Source of the DNA: an uncultured Holophagales bacterium
GTDB taxonomy: Bacteria; Acidobacteriota; Thermoanaerobaculia; Multivoradales; UBA5704
Assembly: GCA_963842525.1 (NCBI GenBank)
Contig: CAWJGT010000001.1
Location: forward strand, 576,001 to 640,000
Length of the DNA: 64,000 bases
Direction of reading: 5' to 3'
Both the position numbers and the translations under genes were made by a program. Positions within the stretch are counted from its first letter, which is position 1, and each line of letters opens with the position of its first letter. Below, in pieces: positions 28,163 through 40,013 of the stretch. Under the pieces are notes generated by a model that made no database searches, had not been told where the DNA came from, and saw nothing but the letters and a program-made list of their open reading frames with translations.

Positions 28163-31100
28163 CTACGCCAGATCGATCTCAGCCAGGTACGCCTCCTCCA
28201 GGTTGGGCTCGACCGGGTTTCCTTCGAGGGGCTCGCCGGGGCGGGCGATGGCGCGCACCTGGATGCCTTCCAGGCGGCGGACCCGGGCAGTGATGCGGTA
28301 GGTGTGGCCGAAGGCGGCGAGGTCGGTGTCGGCGATCAGCGCCTCGAAGACCCGGCCGCGGGCGCGGGCGGCCAGCTCCTCGGGCGTGCCGTCGAAACGG
28401 AGACGGCCGCGGTGGAGGAGGAGCAGCCGCCGGGCGGCGGCTTCGACGTCGCTTGCGATGTGGGTCGAGAAGAGGACGATCCGCGCGCCGGCCTGCTCCA
28501 GGAGGATCTGCCGGAAACGGCTGCGCGATTCGATATCCAGCCCGGTGGTCGGCTCGTCGACGATCAGGATCGGCGGCGCCCCGAGGAGCGCCCGCGCAAT
28601 GCCCACCCGCTGCCGCATGCCCCCCGAGAAATCCCGCACCTTGCGCCCGGCATGCTCGGAGAGCCCCACGGCCGCGAGCAGCCGCTCGATCTCGTCGTGC
28701 CGCGCCCGCGCGTCGTCCATCCCCCTCTCCAGGGCCCAGTGGTCGAGGAACTGCTCTGCCGTGAAATCAGGATAGGCATTGAACTCCTGCGGCAGGAAGC
28801 CGATCCGCCGCCGGTACTCGGCCAGGTTCTCGGCCGCGACCGGGACGCCGCGGTAGATCACGTGGCCGCGGGTGGGCTGGAGGAGGCCGGTCAGCAGCCG
28901 CAGCAGGGTGGTCTTGCCCGCGCCGTTCGGCCCCAGCAGGCCGATGATCCCCGGCTCCAGCGCGAAGCTCACGCTTGAAAGGGCGGGGACGCCCGAGCGG
29001 TAGATCTTGGTGAGGCTGCGCACCTCCAGCGCCGGCGGCCCGGGCTCGCTCCAGACCGGAGGCCGGCGCCGTTGGCGGTCCTCCTCGGGGTCGCGGGTGC
29101 GCCAGCGCGCCAGGCCGGCCCGCAGGGGCGCGACCACGAAGGCGGCGGCGAGCAGGGAGGCGCCTCCCGCCAGCGCCGCGGCCCGCAAGGGGACCACCCA
29201 GCGGAAGCGGATCAGGTCGGCTCCTACTGTAGGCGCCGCGAGGGCGAGGGTCATGGGAAGGACGGCGGCGAAGACCCAGGCGCTCTCCCGGCGCAGCGCA
29301 CGGTACAGGCCGGCGGGCGGATCGGCAGGGCCTGAAAAGGGGGCTCCCGCCGCAGCCAGCTCGGCGACCGCCGGCAGGGCCAGCGCGAGGGCCGCGGCCA
29401 GGGCGAATACCGTCAGCTCGTCGGCTTCCCCGAGGCTCGCGCGGATGAGCGGTGCCGCGGCCAGCAACCCCACCGCCAGGGGAACCAGGGTCACCAGGGC
29501 TTTGAGCGGCGAGCCGAGACGGCAGGTCCCCACCGCGAAGAGCAGGAGGGGGACGGCGAGCGCCAGGCCGAACGCCCGCCAGCGCTCGCGCTGCCAGAGC
29601 TGCGGGGCCAGGGAGGGCCGCTCCAGGTCGACGCCCGCCGGAAGCGGGAGCTGCTCCAGGTTGCGGTCGATGTTCTTCACCAGGTCGCGGCGCAGCTCCT
29701 CGCTGTTCAGCGGAAGCTGGACCTCGACCGGAAGCACGAAACGTCCGGACTGCCGGCCGATCCGCGGATAGACGACCTCCTCCCGCAGGCCCAGGACGGC
29801 GGCGGGGACGACCGTCCTCTCGCCGAGGCGGAGCGGCCGGCCCAGCACCTGGGCCGCCAGGGGGATCGCCCGGTCCGGGTCCTCCGGGGTGCCCGCGGGC
29901 ACGACGACGAGCGAGCGCTCCGCTCCGGTCGTGGCGTTCCGGGGCAGGGGGACCTCGACGGGCGGCCGGCTCGCGGCGCCCAGCCTCGAGGCGATCTCCT
30001 TGACCTCGCCGGGCGGCGATCCGCCGAGGGGGCGCAGGCTCAGCAGGATCGAGGGGTCGCCCCATCCCGAAATCCACCAGCGCCGCACCTTAAGGTTGTC
30101 CAGCCGGTTCAGGATGCGGTCGTAGGCGATGCGCAGCGATCCCAGGTCGGCGCTACGCAGGACGAACCGGTAGCGCTGCGTCTCCTCGTCCAGCCGGGCC
30201 CGGTCCTCCAACTCGAAATCCAGGGCGCGTCCTGCGGCTGCCTGGAGGCCGGAGTCGATCTGCGCCGCGCCGGCGCCGGGGATCCTGTAGCGCAGGCGGG
30301 TCGCGAGCCGCGCCATGCGGTCGGGCCGGCGGTCTTCGGGGCGCACCTCGGCCCACACGAACGCCTGCCCGGGCCGGGTGTTGCTGCCGAAGCGTACGAC
30401 CTCCGCAGTCCGGGCGAGCTCCTCTTCGACCTGCCGGACCTGCTGCTCCGCCTCGGCGAGCGTCGAGCCCTCGGGCAGGCGGAGCCGGACGGTGAGGTTC
30501 CCACCGTCCGGCGACAGGTCGCCCGGCTTCGGGACCAGGGCGCTGGAGAAGAGGGTGACGGCGATGGCACCGGCCGTCACCACGGCAAGGAGGACAGTCC
30601 CGGGATCGCGCAGGGTCCGGCGCTGGCTGGCTGCGAGGCGGTTGGGGAGGAGGCGGACCCTCTCTTCCGTCCCGGGGAGGAGGGCCGCTGCCGCCAGCGC
30701 CGCCGCCAGGGAGAGGAGCAGCGCGCGGGCGGGCTCGCCCAGGAGAGGGCCCAGGTTCGTACCTGCCAGGGCGACGGCGATCGGCACGGCCGCGGCGGCT
30801 GCCACAGCGGTCGCCGCCAGAGGCCAGAAACCCTTCCCTTCAGCCCGGAGGATGCGGAAGGCTGCGGCAGGGAGAACGCCTGCCACGCCCACCGCGAGCG
30901 CGACCAGGGTGGTGACATTCAGGGAGATGTTCGCCAGCCAGAGGGCATTGGCCGCCGCGGCGACCCCCGCTGGCAGGGCGAGCCCTAGCGCGAGAGCCCC
31001 CGGCCGGCCAGCCAGGACACCGCCGGCCGCGGCAATCGCAGCCGCGGCGAGGAGGGCGCCCAGGGCGAGCCGGCCCAGGAGGCTTCGCAGGGGCTCCGCC

Positions 31101-32161
31101 TCGCTCCAGTCGACCGTACCGCGCAGGCCGCCGGGGAGAGAGGCGACCCGCTCGCGCAGGGCGCGGTCGGTGGCGAGAAGCGGCGCGCCATTGGCCCGGT
31201 AGATAAAAAGGGCCTGAGCGGGTGTGCCGTTGTAGCGGACACGGATCCACGGCTCCCGCCAGCGTGGGCGGACCGCCGCGAGGGCGCCGAGCGGGATGGC
31301 GCCGCCCGCCCGGCCGGGGATGGGCAGGCGCGCCAGCTCGTCCGGGGACGCGGGCGGGATCACGACCGGCAGGCGCCGGTCTCCCAGCCGGACCCGCCCC
31401 AGGAGCACGGTGCGGAGGGAGCCCTCGACCTCGCGGCGGACGGCCATGGCGGTCCCCCAGGGATCGAGTGTGCCGGGAGCCAGCTCGATCCGGACCTCCT
31501 CCTGGCGCAGGCCGAGCGGCTCGACGGCCCGCACCCCCGGGATCGATCGCAGGACCTCGGCAGTCCGCTCGGCGTCCGCGTCCCGTCGCACGCCTTCCAG
31601 CCAGACGACGGCAAGGAGCTCGCCCTCGGCCTGCGAAGCGGGCGCGATGTCGAGCCGGGAGCCCGCCGGCAGACGGTCCCGCAGGCCCGCCAGCTCCGAT
31701 TCGAGCCGCGCCGCTTTGCGCTCCGGATCGGTGCCGGGTGCAAACCGCACGGTGAGAGTGGCCCCGTTCGTGCTCACCTCGCCGCGCGTCCCCTGCACAC
31801 GGCCGAGGCTGCGGACAGCCCCTTCGATCTCCTCGATCCAATCGCGGGCGACCTCTCCCGGCTCGCTCCCCTCTTCGGACAGGGTCAATTGGACCGTCAG
31901 CTCCGGGAAGCTCTGCCGCGGCAGGTAGTCCATGGGCAGGCGCACGAAGGCCACGGCGCCCAGGAGGAGCAGGCCGAGGGTGAGGATGAGGCGGGCGCGG
32001 CGGCCGAGGCCCCTCACCCCCGGCCCCTCTCCCAACCGCACTCCCGCCCCCCGGGAGAGGGGAGAAGGACCAGAATCCCTGTCGCCGGAGCGAAAGCTCC
32101 CCTCTCCCGGGCGGTGGGGGTGGGCGGTTGGGAGAGGGGCCGGGGGTGAGGGGCCTCTCAT
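28163..32161 (-). CDS. RND-family permease fused to a C-terminal ABC ATPase
   Basis: RND N-terminus LPMDYLP...PELTV; in-frame NBD with GPNGAGKTT, Q-loop LPQE, FSGGMRQR, IVDEPT and STH. Confidence 0.85.
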   Translation of the reverse strand: MRGPSPPAPLPTAHPHRPGEGSFRSGDRDSGPSPLSRGAGVRLGEGPGVRGLGRRARLILTLGLLLLGAVAFVRLPMDYLPRQSFPELTVQLTLSEEGSEPGEVARDWIEEIEGAVRSLGRVQGTRGEVSTNGATLTVRFAPGTDPERKAARLESELAGLRDRLPAGSRLDIAPASQAEGELLAVVWLEGVRRDADAERTAEVLRSIPGVRAVEPLGLRQEEVRIELAPGTLDPWGTAMAVRREVEGSLRTVLLGRVRLGDRRLPVVIPPASPDELARLPIPGRAGGAIPLGALAAVRPRWREPWIRVRYNGTPAQALFIYRANGAPLLATDRALRERVASLPGGLRGTVDWSEAEPLRSLLGRLALGALLAAAAIAAAGGVLAGRPGALALGLALPAGVAAAANALWLANISLNVTTLVALAVGVAGVLPAAAFRILRAEGKGFWPLAATAVAAAAAVPIAVALAGTNLGPLLGEPARALLLSLAAALAAAALLPGTEERVRLLPNRLAASQRRTLRDPGTVLLAVVTAGAIAVTLFSSALVPKPGDLSPDGGNLTVRLRLPEGSTLAEAEQQVRQVEEELARTAEVVRFGSNTRPGQAFVWAEVRPEDRRPDRMARLATRLRYRIPGAGAAQIDSGLQAAAGRALDFELEDRARLDEETQRYRFVLRSADLGSLRIAYDRILNRLDNLKVRRWWISGWGDPSILLSLRPLGGSPPGEVKEIASRLGAASRPPVEVPLPRNATTGAERSLVVVPAGTPEDPDRAIPLAAQVLGRPLRLGERTVVPAAVLGLREEVVYPRIGRQSGRFVLPVEVQLPLNSEELRRDLVKNIDRNLEQLPLPAGVDLERPSLAPQLWQRERWRAFGLALAVPLLLFAVGTCRLGSPLKALVTLVPLAVGLLAAAPLIRASLGEADELTVFALAAALALALPAVAELAAAGAPFSGPADPPAGLYRALRRESAWVFAAVLPMTLALAAPTVGADLIRFRWVVPLRAAALAGGASLLAAAFVVAPLRAGLARWRTRDPEEDRQRRRPPVWSEPGPPALEVRSLTKIYRSGVPALSSVSFALEPGIIGLLGPNGAGKTTLLRLLTGLLQPTRGHVIYRGVPVAAENLAEYRRRIGFLPQEFNAYPDFTAEQFLDHWALERGMDDARARHDEIERLLAAVGLSEHAGRKVRDFSGGMRQRVGIARALLGAPPILIVDEPTTGLDIESRSRFRQILLEQAGARIVLFSTHIASDVEAAARRLLLLHRGRLRFDGTPEELAARARGRVFEALIADTDLAAFGHTYRITARVRRLEGIQVRAIARPGEPLEGNPVEPNLEEAYLAEIDLA
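32010..32153. repeat. Inverted REP pair at the 5' end of the RND-ABC gene
   Basis: CCCCTCACCCCCGGCCCCTCTCCC ... GGGAGAGGGGCCGGGGGTGAGGGG. Confidence 0.85.
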
Positions 32162-35100
32162 CGCGCCTCGGCCTTCTCTCGAGGGATCCGGTGGAGGACC
32201 GGCACCAACAGCAGCGACGCAAACGTCGAGGTCACCATCCCACCCATCACCGCGATGGCGAGAGACCGGCGCAGCTCCACCCCTTCGCCGCCGAGCAGGG
32301 CCAGTGGCAGCATGCCGGCCAGCGTGGTCAGGGTGGTCATCAGGATCGGCCGGTAGCGCTCGGCCGCGGCGAGGCGGATGGCCCCGTCCATGGGCTCGCC
32401 TGCGCGCCGGTGCTCTTCGATCCGGTGGACCAGGACGATGGCGTTGTTGACGACGATCCCGGCGAGGAGGATCAGCCCGAGGAAGGACAGCACGTCGAGG
32501 CTCTGGCCGGTGACCAGGAGGAGCCCGAGGGCGCCCCCCAGCGCCACCGGCACGGTGGTCATCACCACCAGGGGGATCTTGAACGACTCGTAGAGCGCTG
32601 CCACGGTGAGGAAGACCAGGACGACCGAGAGGGCGAGCGCCAGGCGGAGCTGGCCGAAGGCCTGCCGCAGCTCCAGCGCCTCGCCGCCCGGCGTCAGCTC
32701 CTCGTCCGCCCCTTGCGTCAGGCCGGCGAGGAGAGCACCTGCATCTGCCGAGCCATCAAACGCCAGACGCACCGCGGGCCGGCCGTCCTGCCGCTCCAGC
32801 ACGGCCGGCCGTGCGCCGGGCGCGATCCGGGCGACCGCCGCGAGTGGTATGGCTGCGCCTTGCGGTCCCGGCCCGGCCGCGTGGACGGCTACGGGAAGCA
32901 GAGCCGGGTTCGCGGGCATGGCCGCCTCGATCCGGATCTCGGGCTCGACCGCATCCATGCGGACCCGGCCGGCGGTCTGCTCGCCGAGCCCCTGCCGGAC
33001 CTGCGCCTCCAGCAGGCCGCGGTCCGCCCCCAGCTCCGCCAGCCGGGCCAGGTCCCAGGAGAGGAGCAGGGCTTCCTGCGGCCGGGAGCGTTGGCCCGGC
33101 CTCTCGCGCAGCCCGGCCTCGCGCAGGCGGTGGGCGGCCCGTTCGGCCAGCTCCCCGGCCCGCTCCGGCGTCGCCGCCAGGGCCATCACCTCCAACCGGC
33201 GCCCTGCCCGTTCGATGGGCTCCACGAAGGCGCTTGTCCGGGGCTCGACCCAGGCCTCGACGCCGGGCAGCCGGGAGAGCGCGGCCTTGAGGACCGGCCG
33301 GGCGCGTTCGGCGCTCGCGGAGTCCGGAAAGGCGAGGACGATCCGACCGGTCTCCTCCTGGTCCTCGGAGGGGAGGAGCTGGGTGGCGGTGCGGTGCGGA
33401 CCCTCACCCCCGACCCCTCTCCCATCCTCACTCCCGACCCCCGGGAGAGGGGCGCCACCACCCAGAGACTTCCCTAACGGTGTCTTTCCCCCCCTCTCCC
33501 GGGCGGCTGGGAGTGAGGATGGGAGAGGGGGGCCAGGGGGGTGAGGGTCCAGCGCCGCCACCGCCCAATCCTCCACTTCGCGCCCCATCCGCCGGGCCGC
33601 CTCCGGCGCCAGGTCGGGTACCAACCGGTAGCGCACCAGGAGCTCGCGGCTCTCGGCGTCCGGCACCAGCTCGCGCGGAAGAAGAACGAGGGCAACCGCG
33701 GCCAGCGCAGCGACCAGGACCCCGGCGAGCACGGCCATGGCCGGCCGGGCGAGCGCCGCGTCGAGCAGCCGCAGATAGGCACGTCGTCCCGGGTTCCGTC
33801 CCTCATCCGCCTGGGAGCTGTTGCCGGAGAGCACCGGCGTCACGGTCAGCGAAAACAGGAGCGAGGCGGCGAGCGAGGTCACGATGGCAAAGGCCTGCAC
33901 GCCGAAAAAGGCGCGGGCCAGGCCCTTGAGATAGAGGAGAGGGAGGAAGACCACCGCCGTGGTGAGGAAGCTCGCCACGAGCGGCAAGGCAATCTGCCGG
34001 GTCCCGGTGATCGCCGGCTCGCGCTCGCCGCGGGCGCGGGCGGTCTCGATCGCCTCCAGCACCACGATCGAGCTGTCGACCAGCATGCCGGCGGCGAGGG
34101 CAAGGCCGGCGAGGGAGATCACGTCCAGCGAGGTGCCCGCCAGGTGGAACCCGGCGAAGGCGGTGAGCATCGACGCCGGCACCACCACCGCGAGGGCCAG
34201 CGTCGGCCGCCAGCGGCCGAGGAAGATCCGGATCGCCCCGGTGCCGATCAGCAGGCCGAGCAGCGCCGCCGAACCGAGGTCGGCCAGGGAGGCGGCGACC
34301 TCGCGGCTGCGGTCCTCCACGACCTCCAGCCGCAGGCCAGCGCGGGTGCGGGTGGCGATCTCGGCGGTCCGCTCGCGCACCCGGGCGGCCAGGGCAACAG
34401 CGTTCGCCTCCGGCGCCCGGAAGACCCGCACCAGCACGCCGTCCCGGCCGTCGAGCCGGAACGAGGCGCCGTCGACCACCTCCTCCAGGGAGATGCGGGC
34501 CACGTCGCCCAGCACGCTTTCGCCCCTCGGCCCGGGGATGCGGAGCGCGCGCAGCGCCTCCAGCGACACCGCCTCCTCGCGCACCAGGAGCGGCCGCACC
34601 GCGGCGCCGGAGCGCGCCCGTCCGGCCGGCGCCGCGAGGCCCACCGGGCGCAGCCGCTCGACGAGATCCACCGCGGTCAGCCCCCGGGCGGCCAGCGCCG
34701 CGGAGACCGGACGCACCACGACGTGCCGCGGCGTGAGCCCGACCGCCTCGACCCGGCCGGCGCCCTCCAGCCGCGCCAGCTCGGGCAGGAGGAGCTTGCG
34801 CGCGAAGGCCGTGCGGTCTGCCCCCGAGCCCCCGCCGAGCACGGCCACCCCGACGATCGGCTCCGGATCGCCCGCCGTCATCTCGATCGAGAGGCTGCCG
34901 GGATCGGTGCCCCCTCCGATCAACCGGCCAGCCGCCGTTCGGCCTCGATCCGCAGGCGGTCGGCGTCCGTCTGCCATTCGCTCTCGACCCGCGCCCGCAC
35001 GAAACCGTCGCCGGTCAGCGTCCGCACCGAGGTCACGCCGGCGAGCGAGGCCAGGCGGCGCTCCAGGGGGCGCGTGACCTGGTCGAGCACCTCCTCGCGC

Positions 35101-35258
35101 GATCGTCCTTCCGCGGCGACCGTGACCTCCAGGCTCGGCCGTTCGACCGAAGGGAGGAGAGATACCGGCAGCCGCAGCAGCGAGAAGGTGCCGAGGACGA
35201 CCAGCGTGAGGGCGCCGATCAGGGTCGAGATCGGCCGTTCGACGGCCAGACGGATCAT
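32158..35258 (-). CDS. RND efflux permease (AcrB/CzcA superfamily), frameshift near 34930
   Basis: MIRLAVERPIST, GMLVDSSIVVLE, GIVVNNAIVLV, RYRPILMTTLTT. Confidence 0.88.
33401..33547. repeat. Inverted REP pair inserted in frame in the RND periplasmic domain
   Basis: Translated as PHPPGPPLPSSLPAARERGG...GVGSEDGRGVGGEG. Confidence 0.85.
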
Positions 35259-36566
35259 CGCACCGCTCCAGGCCTGTTCTCCTCGATGACGGGCTCCTGG
35301 ACCTCGGCGATGGGGTCGCCGTCCGCGAGCAGGCCGGCGCCGCCGATCACGATCCGGTCGCCCGGCGAGAGGCCGCGCAGGATTTCGACGCGTCCGTTGC
35401 CGCGGGCTCCGGTCTCGACCGCCCGCCGCCGCGCCACGAGGCCGATGCGGTCGTGGTCCACGAGGTAGACGGAGCTTCCCGGCCTCGGAGAGGACGAGCG
35501 ACTCCTCGGGCACCGTGAGGGCCTGTTCCCGCGCCTCCAGCTCGACATGGATCTCGACCCCTTCGCCCGGCGCCGGCAGGCCCGTGGGGTCGGTGACCTC
35601 GGCGACGAGCCGGATGGTCCCCCCGGCCTCGACGACCGGCGCGACCTCGCGGATCATCCCGGCGCCCGAGGGCTCCGGCGCGCCGGGCGCTGCGAAACGC
35701 ACCTTCAGGCCCGGCCGCAGGCGCTCGCGGTCCGCGGCGGCAGCGTGCCCCTCGATCTGCAGCGGCCCGCCCGAGGCGATGCGGGCGAGCACGGTGCCGG
35801 CCGCGATCTCCGACTCCGGCGGGATGCGCCGGTCGACGATCAGCAGGCCGCCGACCGGCGCGCGCAGAGCGAGCCGGGAGAGCCGGTCCTCGGCCGCGGA
35901 CAGGCGGCTGCGCGCCAGCTCGGCTCGGCCTTGTAGGCGGCGAGCGTGGCCGCCGCCTCGACCCCGGAGTCGAACGCCCGCTGATGCCGCGCCAGCTCCG
36001 AGTTGGCCACGTCGAGCCGCAGCCGCGCCTCGGCGAGGCTCGCCTCGGCATCCTGAAGCGAGACCCGGGCGAGCACCTCGCCTGCGCGGACCTGCGACCC
36101 CGGAGGACAGGCCGTCCGCGAACCGGCCGGGATAGCGCACCCGGCCGCTCACGGGCACCGCCACCTCCGCCATGCCGCCCGGGCGGACCACCCCAAGCAG
36201 GGGCAGCATGGGTTGGAACGGCCCCCGGGCGACCTTCTCCAGCCGCACCGGCGTGGCCGGAGGCGCCTCCCGCTCATCAGCCGGGGCCGGCCGGCAGGCG
36301 GCGAGGGGAAGAAGGAGAAGGAGCAGCAGGGCGAGGAACCTCACCCCCTGTCCCCCTCTCCCATCGCCCCCCCACCGACCGGGAGAGGGGGGACGCGTTC
36401 CCAAAGTTCTCCTCAAGCCGGGTCTGAAGAGGCGTAGCAAGCTTCTTCTCTCCTCCGGTCCTGGGACGAGGTATTTGCAGAATGCCACGGGTGCCACAAC
36501 GACGTCCCCCCTCTCCCGGTGGAAGGGGGGGCGATGGGAGAGGGGGACAGGGGGTGAGGTCTTCAT
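35255..36566 (-). CDS. RND periplasmic adaptor (MFP), frameshifted
   Basis: Lipoprotein signal LAAC, LRAPVGG, VETGARGNGRVEILRGLSPGD; REP-derived N-terminus. Confidence 0.8.
36339..36559. repeat. Inverted REP pair at the MFP 5' end
   Basis: CCTCACCCCCTGTCCCCCTCTCCCATCG ... CGATGGGAGAGGGGGACAGGGGGTGAGG. Confidence 0.85.
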
Positions 36567-36579
36567 ACGTCCTCCGTCG

Positions 36580-37258
36580 TCACGAGATCAGCGTCTCCGG
36601 CCGGCGCAGCCGCCGGCGGGCGTAGAGGTAGAGGATGGTGGCCGCGGCGGTGAGCACCGCCAGGCTGGCGAGCCAGGGAATCGACTCCTCGGCCCCGAGC
36701 AGCAGTGGTCCGAAGTCCGCCCAGTGGCGGCTCGGGATCGGGTTGAAGAAGAACCAGTCCTTGAGCAGGACGATCGTGCCCATCGAGGCGAGCCAGACCC
36801 CGCCGGCAGTCTTCAGGCGGACCGCCCAGAACAGGGCTACGGCGCCGAGGAACAGGCTGACCGCCGCGATCTGCGAGACGACGACGAGGAGCGGGAAGGG
36901 CCGGGTCGCAAAGAGCCAGCTCGCGAGCATCGACCGTCCAGCCCTGGACCACCATGACGAGGCAGACCGCGCCGACCCGCCGCAGGAAGTACCCCTCGGC
37001 GTCCGGCGCCGAGAGCGCGAGGTCGAGGCAGCCGGCGCGGCGCTCCAGCATCACCAGGCCCGACAGGGCGGGCAGCCCCAACACCAGATACGGGCCGAGG
37101 ACGACGAGTGCGTAGACGCTCTCCGCCTCACCGGTCGAGAGCAGCATCTCGAGAAAGGCCAGCCCGAGGATCAGCAGGTCGATGACGCCGAACAGCACCA
37201 GCCGGCGGCCGAGCAGCAGCTCCAGGGAGAGGCGGACCGCGCGCAGACCTCGCTTCAC
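36580..37258 (-). CDS. ABC-2-type membrane protein, frameshift near 36935
   Basis: About six TM helices; LERRAGCLDLALSAP resembles the ABC-2 E...G..E motif. Confidence 0.65.
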
Positions 37259-40013
37259 CGTGCTTCCCCGTTGAAGTAGAACCGGTCGCGGTTCCCGGTC
37301 ATCAGCATCAGGCGGTGGCATTTGTTGTCCGGATCGAGGAGGACCCCCTGCGGCCGGTAGGGGCTCTCCAGCGCGAAGGGCGCGGACTCGCCGGTATCGA
37401 CGCGCAGGGTGGTCTCGGCCGGCGCCACGTCGGTCATGAGCACCACCCGGCAGGAGACCTCGCCCTCGCCTTCGTTGCGCATCCTGCCCGTGGCCCGCCA
37501 GAGATTGCCGGCGCGGCGGAACTTCACCTCTTCCAGGACCGGCCGCGGCATCTTCCCGGCGAGGAAGAAGTCGCGGATCATCCCGTCCACCGGCCGCTCG
37601 CTCCGGCGGCGCAGGATCGCGGCGAATTCGTCGAAAGTCGCCGGCTGGTCGCCCCCGGCGAGGAGCTCCTCGGCCGACGCGCGCAGCGGCTCCGCGCCGG
37701 TCTGCTCGGCCAGCGCGGCCACGAGAGAGGGGAAGCGGGCCCGCCAGTAGACCCCGTATTCCGGCTTGAGGGCCGGCGTCTGGATCCATCCGAGGTCGGA
37801 CAGCCGGCTGATCTGCACGGTCGCCCCGCTCCGGGAGCCGACCCCGAGCCGCTCGAGGACCAGATTGCGGAAGAGCTGCCGGAAGAAGTATTGCTGCTCG
37901 AAGGCGAAGGGGCGCCGGGCCAGGAGCCGCGAGGCCACGACCTCGGCCACCAGGCGCTCCGGCGGCACGGGCTGGTTCCAGAGGAGATCGATCTCCCGGA
38001 CGAAGGCCAGCCGGCCGCGCACCTGGACGTAGCTTCTCTCCGGGTCCCAATAGGCGTAGCTGCCCATGGGCCGGGGATTCCGCTGGCCGTGAGCATCCTC
38101 GCCCGGCCATTCGAGGACGACCAGACGGTCCAGGCCGCCGATGCCGGGCCAGGCGTCGCTCATCATCCGCGCGCCGCGCGCGAGGAAGCCGAGGTGGAGC
38201 TCCCCGATCTCGCGGTGAGCGGGAAAGACCGCCACCGTGGCGCCGGACCGGTTCCCCTCGTCCCCCAGGATCCGGTATCTCCCGCCTGCGACGCCCAGAT
38301 CGTGCAGCGGCTGCGCGCACCGGCTGGCCAGCCGCCCCAGGCGGGCCACGCCGCCGCAGGTGTCGGCCAGGAAGAGGCCCGGCGGCACCTCCAGCGACAG
38401 CTCGATCTGCGCCTTGGGGCGGTAGACCTCGTCCGCCACGGTCCTTTCCTCGGTCAGCGCCCAGGTGCCGTAACGCAGGATCGGCGACAGGTCGCTCGCC
38501 TGCCAGGTCCACCCGGTAGCCCGAAATCGACGGCACCTGGAAGCTGCGCGAGTAGTCCATCAGGTCGCGGCCGAACTCGGCCTGTTGATGAGCTGCGATG
38601 GGGCGGGTCGTTGCCACGAGCCGGGCCGTCGAGGACTCGGGCGGCGGCGGGAGGATCGCCGCGGCCGGGCGTCCCGTGAGGCGGAACCGCAGCTCGCGCC
38701 GCTCCCCCGGCCCGATCGGCGGCTCCAGATCGACCTCCAGGCGGTCCCAGGCGCGGTGCAGCCGTATTTTCCCCCGGTCCGCCGTCGCCTCCTCCAGGAC
38801 CAGCTCCGGGTTGAGCTGGAAGGCGACGTGGCGGTGGGGCTCCCTGCCCTCGTTGCGCAGCTCGGCCGCGACGCGCAACGTCACCTCGGAGCCCGGGGCC
38901 GAGGCGGCCCGCGACGCGCCAGCGGCCGGGCATGACATCGCGGGAGGTCGGAGCCGGCCGGCCGCTCACCTCCGCCTCCTGCCGTTGCCAGGCCAACCCG
39001 TCGTAGTGGTGGGCGCGGGCGAGGCCGACGCCGGCCGGCACGGCGGCCAGCAGCAGGGCCAGGGCGACCGTCAGCCGGTCGGCCGGGGCCGGCGCCGGAT
39101 CGGGCACGAAGCGCTCGCGCAGCCGGCCGAGCACGGCGAGGAAGCTGCGCAGCGGATGGTCGGGCCGGATCGTCCGCGGCCGGATGTCCGGCTGGGTGCG
39201 GCGCAGCCAAACGACCGACAGGCCGAGCGCTGCGGTCGCCAGAGCGGCCAGCAGTGTCCCATCGCCCAGGCTCTGCTCCGCCGCCGAGGCCAGGTCGAAC
39301 CCCGCCTCGCAAGCCGGGTGCGGGAAGAGCATGCGGCCCTCGTCGGAATCGAGGGCCATCAGCATACGCTGCACCATGTAATTCGCGCTGTCGAGGGAGA
39401 GCCCGGTGCGGGCCGTGAGGCGGTAGCCGAACAGGGCGAGACCCGCATTGGCGAGTTCCGGCACCAGGAAGATCGCCGCGCCCGCGACCACGAAGGTGCT
39501 CATCCCGCCGCCGCCGAGCGTGCCCAGAGCGAGCCCCAGAGTGGAGCCCAGGAAGGCCAGCGGCAGGATGCGGAGCAGCCACGGCCCCCAGAACACGGCC
39601 GGCGTAGGGATCTCGTACCCCGTGGCCAGCGCCAGGCCGGCCGCGGCGACGATCGGCAGGGCCGTCAACGGCAGGATCAGGATCTCCAGCGCCAGCCAGC
39701 GGCGGAGGACATAGCCGGTGTTGGTGAGCCCGGTGAGAGTCACGGTGGTCCAGGCGCCGCCCCCCTGCTCGCGGGTGATCCCGTCCAGCGCAAGAAGCGC
39801 CGCGAAGACCCCTGTCAACAGCGGCGCGACGGTCAGAGTCTCGTAGGCGAACGCCGCGGCGCCGATCGTCTGCTGGAACTGGCCGCGCTGGACGTAGATC
39901 AGGATCGCCGGCAGCGAGCAGAGCCCTACATAGGCGGCGGCAAAGGAGCGGAACCGCAACGACCGGAGCTGGGTGCGCAGCTCGTAGGCGATGAAGGCGG
40001 CGGTCATCCTCAT
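37255..40013 (-). CDS. ABC-2 permease fused to an M1-aminopeptidase-like domain, frameshifted
   Basis: ITREQGGGAW permease motif, then FQLNPEL, LEPPIGPGE, MIRDFF, LLDPDN; no HExxH. Confidence 0.65.
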
